In this document: piece by piece, positions 11,283 to 19,537 of the stretch
How positions within the stretch are numbered: position 1 is the stretch's first letter
Layout: each line of letters begins with the position of its first letter
Assembly: GCA_964491475.1 (NCBI GenBank)
Contig: CAZBFO010000004.1
Span: 3,290 to 67,289 of the forward strand
Reading direction: 5' to 3'
DNA length: 64,000 nt
Source: an uncultured Gammaproteobacteria bacterium
GTDB lineage: Bacteria > Patescibacteriota > Patescibacteriia > SG8-24
Notes under the pieces: generated by a model
Told to the model about the DNA's origin: nothing
Seen by the model: the letters and a program-made list of their open reading frames with translations, nothing else
The model's database searches: none
Translations under genes and position numbers: made by a program

Positions 11283-12095
11283 ATGAAACCCATTGCCGGC
11301 ATCGCGCTCGTCGCGGCGCTCGCCTTCGCCAAAGAGGCGCGCGCCGACGACACATCCGCGGCATCTTCAGTACGCCTGGAGACGGGTTTCGGAACGTGGA
11401 TTTCCCACGGATCCGACAGCAGCCTCCGCCAGGCCCGCTTCACGCTCGCACCGGAGTTCGATTACGCCAACAGGCTCCGCATCGCGCCGTTCGTGCGGAT
11501 GACCAGCACGGAGATCGACCTGCTGCAGAAGAACAACATGGAGTTCGACGCCTCGCTGATGCTCCCGTGGCAGCCGTCGCTGGGAGCCCGCGTCTCGTAC
11601 GACCTCTTCCGGGCATGGCGCCTGCACTTCATCCTTCAGGGGGAATTTGAGACGCCGCTCGGCGAAAACCGCGCGCGCATCGAGACGTTCACTCCCAAGG
11701 GCAAGATCGCCAACCAGCAGATCGACCTGGAGGCGTTGCGCAACCACGTCACCATCGATCACCGCTGGCGCTCCCTCCAGGGAGCGCTGCGGGTGAAGGG
11801 CGACTTCGGCTGGGTGCATCCGTACGTCGATCTCGGATACCTGTCCATCGACGGTCGTCTGGCGGTCAACTTCGACGCCACCTCGACGACGATGCTGAAG
11901 GGGGCGAACCTGTCGCCCGACCGGCACTACGACGCCGGCGGCAACTCGCTCTTCTACATGGCCGGAACGGAAATCGACCTCGGCAAGGGGTTCCAGCTCC
12001 GTCTCAACGGCACCATGATTCCTTCGGGTCATCGCACGTTTTACGCGGGAGAGGCGTTCCTCGTCATCCCGCTCAACCTTCACTTCGGAAACTAG
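11283..12095 (+). CDS. secreted hypothetical protein, paralog 2
   Basis: trimmed to MKPIAGIALVAALAFAKEARA signal peptide; shares ...GDFGWVHPYVDLG... and ...IDLGKGFQLRLNGT...FYAGEAFLVIPL... with paralog 3. Confidence 0.55.
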   Translation: MKPIAGIALVAALAFAKEARADDTSAASSVRLETGFGTWISHGSDSSLRQARFTLAPEFDYANRLRIAPFVRMTSTEIDLLQKNNMEFDASLMLPWQPSLGARVSYDLFRAWRLHFILQGEFETPLGENRARIETFTPKGKIANQQIDLEALRNHVTIDHRWRSLQGALRVKGDFGWVHPYVDLGYLSIDGRLAVNFDATSTTMLKGANLSPDRHYDAGGNSLFYMAGTEIDLGKGFQLRLNGTMIPSGHRTFYAGEAFLVIPLNLHFGN

Positions 12096-12203
12096 GCGGC
12101 TCCCCTCTTTGGGGGCCGTTTTTGTTTTCGTTTGACAGGGCTGCTGCAGCCGCTACCGTGAGTGCAGAGTGCTCTTTGCCCGTCGCCTCGAAAGGAGGGC
12201 GCC

Positions 12204-12941
12204 GTGACACGAACGTTTGGCGTCGTGCTCCTTTTTGCGTTCACCGTGGCGACGCGCGCGCAAGCGGCGGACCCGCCCGAATCCCTGCATCCGGACGAAT
12301 GCGTCATTTCGTCCAGCGCCCCGCAGCCGCCCAACTACGGATTTTCCGTTTCGTTTCCGCCCTGCCTGGTGCCTCGGTGGTCGCCGGTCGCAGCCGTCGC
12401 GGCAAACGACAACCGCAGGCTCCTGGCTGTCCCCCTGTCGGAGGAAAAAAAGGGGCCGCCGCCGGCACCGATCGTCGAGCAGCCCGGCCTGATTCCCATC
12501 CTCGCCGCTAACGGTGCCCTGCTTCGAAGCGACCTGTCATTGCCGGTGCTGAACCTGGTGGGCAGGACGCTGCTTCCCAAGACCTTCCCCAAGTTCGTCA
12601 GTCTCGAAAAGGACTGGCGCACCTCGCAGGGGCTGCTCCGGTTGCACGCGAACATCGGACGGGTGCACCCCTTCGTCGAGGGCAGCATGATCGTCGTCGA
12701 CGGGCGCATCATCAACCTGCTCCTCTCCGACCCGAACCCGTCGCCGGTGCTGCGCGAGGATCGCCGGGTGTCCGAACTGCTGTTCCTGGGCGCGGCGCGA
12801 TCGCCGTATTGGTTCGGCGGCGTCATCATCGACCTCGGCAAGGGATTCGCCGTCGGCATCGGCGGTACCGCGCTGTACGTCGACCGCCCTTTTTACGCCG
12901 GCGCGCTCATCCTGACGGTTCCGCTGGCCCCCCAACGCTGA
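12204..12941 (+). CDS. secreted hypothetical protein, paralog 3
   Basis: GTG start after AAAGGAGGG SD; signal VTRTFGVVLLFAFTVATRAQA; ...IGRVHPFVEGS... and ...IDLGKGFAVGIGGT...FYAGALILTVPL... Confidence 0.5.
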   Translation: MTRTFGVVLLFAFTVATRAQAADPPESLHPDECVISSSAPQPPNYGFSVSFPPCLVPRWSPVAAVAANDNRRLLAVPLSEEKKGPPPAPIVEQPGLIPILAANGALLRSDLSLPVLNLVGRTLLPKTFPKFVSLEKDWRTSQGLLRLHANIGRVHPFVEGSMIVVDGRIINLLLSDPNPSPVLREDRRVSELLFLGAARSPYWFGGVIIDLGKGFAVGIGGTALYVDRPFYAGALILTVPLAPQR

Positions 12942-12976
12942 ACTGAAAAGCGGCCCCTTTGCGGGAGCCGCCTTTT

Positions 12977-13915
12977 TTATTCTCCGCGCTCCTTCATTTC
13001 CATCGCCTCGACGTACCGCTGGGCGTCCAGCGCCGCCGCGCATCCGCTGCCGGCCGCAGTGATGGCCTGCCGATACTTCCAATCGGCCACGTCGCCTGCC
13101 ACGAACACGCCGGAAACGTTGGTTTCCGAGACGTTCTTGGTCTTGATGTAACCGCGCTCGTCGAGCTCGATGACGCCCTTGAACAGGTCCACGCTGGGCA
13201 CCAGCCCGATGGCCAGGAACATGCCGTCGCAGGCCAGGTCGCGGGTGTCCCCCGCCACCGAATCCTTCAGGCGCAGGCCGGTGACGTGCCCGGCATCGAC
13301 GCCCAGCACTTCCTCGACGGCGACATTGAAGATGAACTCGATCTTGGGATTCATCTTGCAGCGCTCGGCCATGATCTTAGAGGCGCGCAGCTTGTCGGTG
13401 CGGACCAGCACGTACACCTTGGAGGCGAAGCGCGCGATGAACATGGCTTCCTCCATGGCAGAGTCGCCGCCGCCGACCACGGCGACCACCTTGTTCTTGA
13501 AGAAGAAGGCGTCGCAGGTGGCGCAGGCCGAGATGCCCTTGCCCCACAGCGCCTCCTCGCTGGGTATGCCGAGCTTGCGGTGCATCGCGCCAGTGGAAAT
13601 GATGACCGTCTTGGCCTCCTCCGTGCGGTTGCCGGCGGTGACCTTGAGCGGCGTCGACGAGAAGTCGATGGCGGTGACGTTCTCGCTGACCAGCTCGGCG
13701 CCGAAGCGCTTGGCCTGCTCGCGCATCTCGCCCATCAGCTCCGGTCCCAATATGCCCTTGGCGAATCCCGGATAGTTCTCGACGTCCGTGGTGGTCATGA
13801 GCTGGCCGCCGTAGGTGACGCCTTCGAATACCAGCGGTTTGAGGTCGGCGCGTCCGGCATAGACGGCTGCGGTGTAGCCGGCAGGACCGGCGCCGATGAT
13901 GATGACGTTTCGCAT
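12977..13915 (-). CDS. trxB: thioredoxin-disulfide reductase
   Basis: 312 aa; FAD motif IIGAGPAGYTAA, redox-active CATCD, NADPH motif VVGGGDSAMEEA. Confidence 0.95.
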   Translation of the reverse strand: MRNVIIIGAGPAGYTAAVYAGRADLKPLVFEGVTYGGQLMTTTDVENYPGFAKGILGPELMGEMREQAKRFGAELVSENVTAIDFSSTPLKVTAGNRTEEAKTVIISTGAMHRKLGIPSEEALWGKGISACATCDAFFFKNKVVAVVGGGDSAMEEAMFIARFASKVYVLVRTDKLRASKIMAERCKMNPKIEFIFNVAVEEVLGVDAGHVTGLRLKDSVAGDTRDLACDGMFLAIGLVPSVDLFKGVIELDERGYIKTKNVSETNVSGVFVAGDVADWKYRQAITAAGSGCAAALDAQRYVEAMEMKERGE

Positions 13916-13919
13916 AGCG

Positions 13920-14240
13920 TTACATTGCCTTCTTCAGGGCTTCCAAATACTTCTCCTTGGTCTGCGTGCCGACCAGCTGCGCGACCACCTTGCCGCCCTT
14001 GAAGACCATCACGGCGGGAATGCTCATGATGCCGAACTGCTGCGACAACGACGTGTTCTCGTCTACGTTGACCTTGCCGACCTTGGCGCCCTTGCCGTCG
14101 AGTTCGGCGGCGATTTCCTCGATCATCGGGCCGATCATGCGGCACGGGCCGCACCACGGGGCCCAGAAGTCGACCATGACGGGCACCGGCGACTTGAGGA
14201 CTTCGGCGTCAAAGTTTTCTTGGGTGAAAGTGTTGGCCAT
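13920..14240 (-). CDS. trxA: thioredoxin
   Basis: trimmed to [17 protein letters not shown]...; WCGPC active site; 106 aa; ORF track N-terminal extension is spurious. Confidence 0.95.
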   Translation of the reverse strand: MANTFTQENFDAEVLKSPVPVMVDFWAPWCGPCRMIGPMIEEIAAELDGKGAKVGKVNVDENTSLSQQFGIMSIPAVMVFKGGKVVAQLVGTQTKEKYLEALKKAM

Positions 14241-14344
14241 AAGTTTGATGATAAGTAGGGTGGGACCGAAGTATAAATCCGAGGACCAAAAAGGGGAAGT
14301 GCGTACATCGTACCACTTCCCCCTCCCCTGCTCCATCAGGGATT

Positions 14345-16342
14345 TTACGCCGTAAACACGAGCTTCTTCTCGCGGCGCTCTTCCTTGAATACCTCCAGGC
14401 GATCGCCGACCAGCGCCGGGCGGCGGATGGAAACCTTGAGACCGCACTCCTGGCCCATGCGGACCTCCTTGGTGTCCTGCTTGCCGGACTGCAGTTGGAG
14501 GATCTTGCCTTCGTCGACCGGGTCCGTGCCGCGGTAGACCACGACGTTGGCGCCCGGTTCCAGATGGCCGTCGGTGACGCGGCCGCCGATGACGTGGCCG
14601 GTCTTGTCGCTGCGGAAGATGGCCAGCACCTCGAGCTTGCCGAGGTCGGTGCGGATGACTTCTGCCGGCACCAGGGCCTGCAGGCGCTTCTTCACCTCGT
14701 CGAACAGCTCGTAGATGATCTTGTACTGGAGCACGTCGACCTTCTTGTCGCGGGCGTAAATCTGCGCCTCGCGCGTGACGTTGACGTTGAATGCCATGAC
14801 GACGCCGCCGGTGGCCTCTGCGCGCGAGACATCGCCGTCGGAGACGTTGCCGAGGCCGCGACCGACGATGGCCACGCCGACTTCCTCGGACTTGTATTTC
14901 TCGAGCGTGCCGACGATGGCCTCGAGCGAACCCAACGCGTCGGTTTTCAAGACGACGTTCAGGAACTTCTTGCCGCCCTCCTTTTCTTCCTCCTGCTTGG
15001 AGAACGAGGTCGGAGCCGTCTGCTTCTCGACGGTGTATTGCTTCTTGAGCTTGTTCAGGGCGCTGGCGTCTTCGGGGACCTGGACGATGTCTCCCACCTG
15101 CGGGGCCACCTTGAAGCCGATGACCTTCACCGGCGTGCCGGGGACGGCCTTTTCGACCAGCTTGCCGTTCCAATCCTTCATGGCACGGACGCGGCCGTAC
15201 AGGTTGCCGGCAATGGCCAGCTCCTGGTTGCGGCGAAGCGTGCCGGACTGCACCAAAGCCGTGGCGACCGGGCCTTCGCCCTTGTCGATGTGCGACTCGA
15301 TGATGGTGCCGATGGCCAAGCGGTCAGGGTTGGCTTTGACCTTTTCGGGGTCCAAGTCGGCTGTCAGCAAAATCATGTCGAGCAGCTGCTCCACGCCCGC
15401 ACCGGTCTTGGCAGACACCGGAACAAAGGTGACCTTGCCGCCCCATTCTTCGGGAATGACGTTCTTTTCGGACAACTGGGTCTTCACCAGCTGCAAGTCC
15501 ACGCCCGGCTTGTCCATCTTGTTGAGCGCGACGACGAAGGGAATCTTGGCGGCCTCGATGATCTTGATGACTTCGACCGTCTGGGGCTGCACGCCGTCAT
15601 CGGCGGCGACGACCAAAATGGCCACGTCGGCGACGCGCGCGCCGCGCGAGCGCATGACGGTAAAGGCCTCATGGCCCGGGGTGTCGATGAAGGTGATGTT
15701 GCGGCCGTTGCGCTCCACCTGGTACGCGCCGATGTGCTGGGTGATGCCGCCGGCTTCGCCCTTGGCGACGTTCTGGGTGCGAATCCTGTCCAACAGCGAG
15801 GTCTTGCCATGGTCGACGTGACCCATCACGACCACGACCGGCGGGCGGGGCTTGAGCTTGTGGGCTTCCTCGGCCTCCAGCATGGTCTTGAGGTCGTCAG
15901 CCGACATGCTCCCCTCTGCCTGCTGGTCCTTCTCGGCTTCCCGGCTGACGCCGTAACCTAAGTCCTCGGCCACGATGCTGGCCGTCTCGAAATCGATGCG
16001 CTCGTTGATGGTGGCGAGGATGCCGTTCTTCATCAGCTCGGCGATCACCAAGTTGAGCGGCAGCGCCATCTTGGCGGCGAAGTCGCGGACGGTGATGACC
16101 TTGGGCAGCTCGATCGATTTTACCTGCGCGATGGCCTCCTCCTTGATCTTCTCCTCCTTCTGGTACTTCACCTTGAGGCGGTCGAGCTTCCGCATCTCGG
16201 ACCACTTTTCCATGATCTTGTTGACCAGGCGGTCGTCGACCTTGATGGCCTTGCGACCGACGTCAAAACCGAGCATCGGGAGTTTTTCTCGAAGCTCTTC
16301 GGGGTTGGTGCGGAGTCGGCGGGCAAGTTCGGAGATGTTCAT
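14345..16342 (-). CDS. infB: translation initiation factor IF-2 (short form)
   Basis: 665 aa; G-domain [24 protein letters not shown]; C-terminal IF2 beta-barrel domains. Confidence 0.95.
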   Translation of the reverse strand: MNISELARRLRTNPEELREKLPMLGFDVGRKAIKVDDRLVNKIMEKWSEMRKLDRLKVKYQKEEKIKEEAIAQVKSIELPKVITVRDFAAKMALPLNLVIAELMKNGILATINERIDFETASIVAEDLGYGVSREAEKDQQAEGSMSADDLKTMLEAEEAHKLKPRPPVVVVMGHVDHGKTSLLDRIRTQNVAKGEAGGITQHIGAYQVERNGRNITFIDTPGHEAFTVMRSRGARVADVAILVVAADDGVQPQTVEVIKIIEAAKIPFVVALNKMDKPGVDLQLVKTQLSEKNVIPEEWGGKVTFVPVSAKTGAGVEQLLDMILLTADLDPEKVKANPDRLAIGTIIESHIDKGEGPVATALVQSGTLRRNQELAIAGNLYGRVRAMKDWNGKLVEKAVPGTPVKVIGFKVAPQVGDIVQVPEDASALNKLKKQYTVEKQTAPTSFSKQEEEKEGGKKFLNVVLKTDALGSLEAIVGTLEKYKSEEVGVAIVGRGLGNVSDGDVSRAEATGGVVMAFNVNVTREAQIYARDKKVDVLQYKIIYELFDEVKKRLQALVPAEVIRTDLGKLEVLAIFRSDKTGHVIGGRVTDGHLEPGANVVVYRGTDPVDEGKILQLQSGKQDTKEVRMGQECGLKVSIRRPALVGDRLEVFKEERREKKLVFTA

Positions 16343-16439
16343 GTGAGGACGGAGGGATGGACGGAATGCCGCTTATGTGGGTGAATACTATAGTTAAGCT
16401 GGCCTTGCGTCAATGGCTTGAGCCCATTATTTAGCCAAA

Positions 16440-17120
16440 ATGGACGGTTTTCTCCTCATCGACAAACCGGCCGGAATCACCTCGTTCGGCGTAATCGCTA
16501 GGTTGCGCCGCATTACGGGGGTCCGCCGCATCGGCCACGCCGGCACCCTCGACCCGTTCGCCACGGGCCTTTTGATCGTGGGCGTGGGCCGAGGAGCCAC
16601 CAAGCACCTGGCCGACTACCTCGGTCAGCGCAAAACTTACGAAGCCGTGGCCGTGCTCGGCGCCACCACGGTCACCCAAGACAAGGACAGCAACGTCGTT
16701 CCCACCGAAGGCGCGACGATGCCGACCGAGGAGGAAATTCGCGCCGCGCTCCCCCGCTTCACCGGCGAACTGTCCCAAACGCCGCCGATGTTCTCGGCCA
16801 AGAAAATCGACGGCAAACGGCTGTACGAGCTGGCACGCGAAGGGGTAGAGGTAGACCGCAAGTCCGTCACCGTTACCATATACGACTTGGAAATGCTCTC
16901 GTACCAGCCGCCCAAGCTCTCCTTCCGCACGACCGTTTCTGCCGGTACCTACGTCCGCACGTTGGCGCACGACATCGGCGCAGCCCTCGGCTGTGGCGCG
17001 TACCTCGAAGCGCTCCGCCGCACCAAGATCGGCGACTATGCCGTCGAAAACGCGTCGACGCTCGATGCGCTGACCGCGGACAACTGGCAGGCGCGTCTCT
17101 TGCCGATCGTTTCGCGGTAA
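16440..17120 (+). CDS. truB: tRNA pseudouridine(55) synthase
   Basis: 226 aa; catalytic motif GHAGTLDPFATGLL; no PUA domain (short form). Confidence 0.9.
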   Translation: MDGFLLIDKPAGITSFGVIARLRRITGVRRIGHAGTLDPFATGLLIVGVGRGATKHLADYLGQRKTYEAVAVLGATTVTQDKDSNVVPTEGATMPTEEEIRAALPRFTGELSQTPPMFSAKKIDGKRLYELAREGVEVDRKSVTVTIYDLEMLSYQPPKLSFRTTVSAGTYVRTLAHDIGAALGCGAYLEALRRTKIGDYAVENASTLDALTADNWQARLLPIVSR

Positions 17121-17199
17121 AAATGCCGGTGGAGCGACTGGACTCGACGGCGAGTTATTGCTATCTTCCCCACCGCGTTCTTTCGCCCAAGGAGGGCAA

Positions 17200-17925
17200 A
17201 TGAAGCAGGCGACGAAGGAAACCGTGTACAAAGTGCTGGTGGCTGCCGCGATGGTCACGCCGCCCTGGAACGTCTTCTGGTGGACCGTGGGCGGCATCGT
17301 CTATGCCGTCAGCGGCGGAAAAGGCTGGGACACATCCGGCGACGGCGCCCTGGCCGTGGTGATCGGCGCGCCGGTCACGCTGCCGATGCTGCCGTTCATG
17401 CTGCTCAAGGATCGGCGCGAACTGCGGGAACGTGAAAAGCGACAGGCGCTCTACGCGAAAGCGGCCACGTGGATCGCGACGGAGCTTGCCAGGAGCGGCA
17501 TCGCGGTCCAAAAACACGGTGCCGGCTTCATGGGCGTCGACGTCACGGCGACGCCAGACGGTCCCAGCCAAGAGAACGAACATGCCGTGATCTACGCGCT
17601 GGCGGTGCGCCGTTTCGCGTCCGAAGGACTGACCATCGACGAAATCTGCGAACGCGCGGAGCCGCTGCACACCCTCGACCGCACCTGGGCCAAGGTCAAC
17701 GGCTTCACGGCCTGGGCCGAAGAGGTCTTCACCAAGAACTGCGTCGACTGCGGCCAACGGCTGTCGCTCGGCTGGTTCTTCGGAGGAGCGGCCGACGGCA
17801 TGCGAAGGCTGGAAAGTCGGCATCGTTCCCGCATCGCCCTCAAGGACGGCAGCGAACGGGTCGTCGACGGCCACATCTGCCGGGAATGCCTGGAAAAAAT
17901 CGACTACCGCTTCATCAGCAGCTGA
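17200..17925 (+). CDS. hypothetical membrane protein with C-terminal Cys4 zinc-ribbon-like motif
   Basis: ATG at 17200 after AAGGAGGG SD; two N-terminal TM segments; CVDCGQ...CRECLEK at C-terminus. Confidence 0.5.
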   Translation: MKQATKETVYKVLVAAAMVTPPWNVFWWTVGGIVYAVSGGKGWDTSGDGALAVVIGAPVTLPMLPFMLLKDRRELREREKRQALYAKAATWIATELARSGIAVQKHGAGFMGVDVTATPDGPSQENEHAVIYALAVRRFASEGLTIDEICERAEPLHTLDRTWAKVNGFTAWAEEVFTKNCVDCGQRLSLGWFFGGAADGMRRLESRHRSRIALKDGSERVVDGHICRECLEKIDYRFISS

Positions 17926-17944
17926 ACGGAACCGACCCCAAACG

Positions 17945-17976
17945 AAAACGACGGCGCTTGCCGTCGTTTTTTCTTT
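17945..17976. terminator. bidirectional rho-independent terminator
   Basis: stem cgacggc / gccgtcg with gctt loop, A-run on one side and T-run on the other; sits between convergent genes 17200..17925 (+) and 17988..19511 (-). Confidence 0.5.
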
Positions 17977-17987
17977 TTCGTCTTGCG

Positions 17988-19511
17988 CTAGTTCGCCAGG
18001 AAGATCGTCTTGAGCGCGTCGTACACGGGCTTCTTGCTGCCGTCGTAACGGTACATGCCGAAGAAGTTTTCGGTAGTGACCGTCGAGGTGCCCAAGTCGG
18101 TGTAGGTGTGCCAGAAGAATCCCCCGATCAGCGGGTCGGCCAAGGACAGCGACAGCGCCTCCCTGCCGATGGCCGCCTGCAGGTCCTCGCTCACGTGATC
18201 CGGGCTGTTGGCAAGGTTGTAGTCGGCGGTCGTGGCGAGCGCGCCGGGACCGTTCGTCGGAGCGCCGACCTCGGTGATCCAGATCTTCTTGGTGCCGTCG
18301 CCGTTGCCGTTCATGATGCTGCGGAGGCTGACGCTGGTACTTGACATCTGCTGCCAGGCGTTCCATTCGGCTTTATACGAAGGGAGCACCGGGAACGAGT
18401 ACGGGTGGAAGGCGACTGCATCCATCGAGGGACCGACGCCCAAGGCGTAGGCCTGGGACAGGAAGTCGCGCGGCGAAACGTCGCCGTTGCCGGTCGCGGC
18501 CGGGGCCAGACCGCCGAGCAGCACGGTTGCCGAAGGGTCGCTCTTGCGAACCGCCGGCGCCGCCAGCTTCAGCAGGGCGACGTAATCGGCGACCGCCGAA
18601 GGCGACTGCCAGAAGACGTGCACGTTCTCCTCGTTCCAAATCTCATAGGCGTGCACGCCCATCGGGGCGTAGCGAGCCGCGGCAGTGCCGGCGAATGTGG
18701 CGAACGCGGCAGGATCAGCGGGAGCGCAGCGCGGTGCCGTGCAACCCGATGCGCGAGCCCAAGCCGGCGAGTAGGCCACGACGGCCAACGGCTTCAAACC
18801 ATGCGCGATCGCGGCTTTCACGAAGGTGTCAGGGCCGGTCCAGCTGAAGGAGGCGCTGCTGGTCTGCTGCACTTCGCTCCAGTCGATGTCGAAGCGCACC
18901 CAGGTGACGCCCATCGAGACCATGTCGTTGAGGCGGTTGTTCATCTCGGTGCTCGACAGTCCCATCATGGTCGTGCCGACGGCCATGCCGAAAGGATGCG
19001 TCGAAGCGCTGGAGGCGACCAGCGTGCCGCTGATGGGAGCGGTGCCGGTGCCCGAACCGGAGGTCGGCGCCGTGTTCGTGTTGGTCGGGACGGTATTGGT
19101 ATTGGTCGGCGCCGTGTTGGCGTTGACGACGACCGTGTTGGCGTTTGCGGGAGAAGTATTCGTATTGGTCGGCGCGGGAGAGGGCGTGATCGGAGCGGTA
19201 ACGGGAGAAGTGGCGGGCTTGCGGTAACGCGTACGGGCGTATGTTGCGGCGCGCAGCACCTCTTCCTCGCTGGTGTCGAGGCCGTTCAGCCTGTCCGCCA
19301 GCTTTTTCAGCGCGGACACTTCGGTAGGAACCGCAGCCACGCTCTGGACGCGCGGCAGATCGGATACATCGGGCAGCTCGGGTGCGCGCACCGCCTGCTG
19401 AAGAAGGACGGCCACGGCCGCAATGGTAAAAAGGGCCACTAAACCGTATGCAGCCCCGTTGCGCCATCGCGTGTTGTCCGACGAACGTCGCTCTTGTGGT
19501 GTGTTTGGCAT
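17988..19511 (-). CDS. membrane-anchored glycoside hydrolase, GH5/GH39-like (PslG-like endoglycanase candidate)
   Basis: trimmed to MPNTPQERR...; N-terminal TM AAYGLVALFTIAAVAVLL; Thr/Asn/Pro repeat stalk; (beta/alpha)8 hydrolase motifs ...HAYEIWNEEN... (acid/base Glu) and ...IWITEVG... (nucleophile Glu). Confidence 0.7.
   Translation of the reverse strand: MPNTPQERRSSDNTRWRNGAAYGLVALFTIAAVAVLLQQAVRAPELPDVSDLPRVQSVAAVPTEVSALKKLADRLNGLDTSEEEVLRAATYARTRYRKPATSPVTAPITPSPAPTNTNTSPANANTVVVNANTAPTNTNTVPTNTNTAPTSGSGTGTAPISGTLVASSASTHPFGMAVGTTMMGLSSTEMNNRLNDMVSMGVTWVRFDIDWSEVQQTSSASFSWTGPDTFVKAAIAHGLKPLAVVAYSPAWARASGCTAPRCAPADPAAFATFAGTAAARYAPMGVHAYEIWNEENVHVFWQSPSAVADYVALLKLAAPAVRKSDPSATVLLGGLAPAATGNGDVSPRDFLSQAYALGVGPSMDAVAFHPYSFPVLPSYKAEWNAWQQMSSTSVSLRSIMNGNGDGTKKIWITEVGAPTNGPGALATTADYNLANSPDHVSEDLQAAIGREALSLSLADPLIGGFFWHTYTDLGTSTVTTENFFGMYRYDGSKKPVYDALKTIFLAN
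19062..19175 (-). repeat. in-frame tandem repeat encoding PTNTNT/ANANT linker
   Basis: DNA shows repeated gtgttggt/gtattggt units; translates to PAPTNTNTSPANANTVVVNANTAPTNTNTVPTNTNTAPT within the GH5-like protein. Confidence 0.7.
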
Positions 19512-19537
19512 ACGTGTCCGGTTAAGTGTCCTTTTTG

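Noticed and set aside
13920-15173. 417-aa ORF upstream of thioredoxin
   Set aside because: Only the last 106 aa form thioredoxin. The Arg/Gly/Pro-rich N-terminal 310 aa overlap infB antisense and are an artefact of the open frame.
19020-19200. Tandem DNA repeat that might suggest a CRISPR or VNTR
   Set aside because: The units are 8-9 nt long and in-frame within a coding sequence (the TN-rich linker of the GH5-like protein). There are no spacer-like unique segments, so this is not a CRISPR array.
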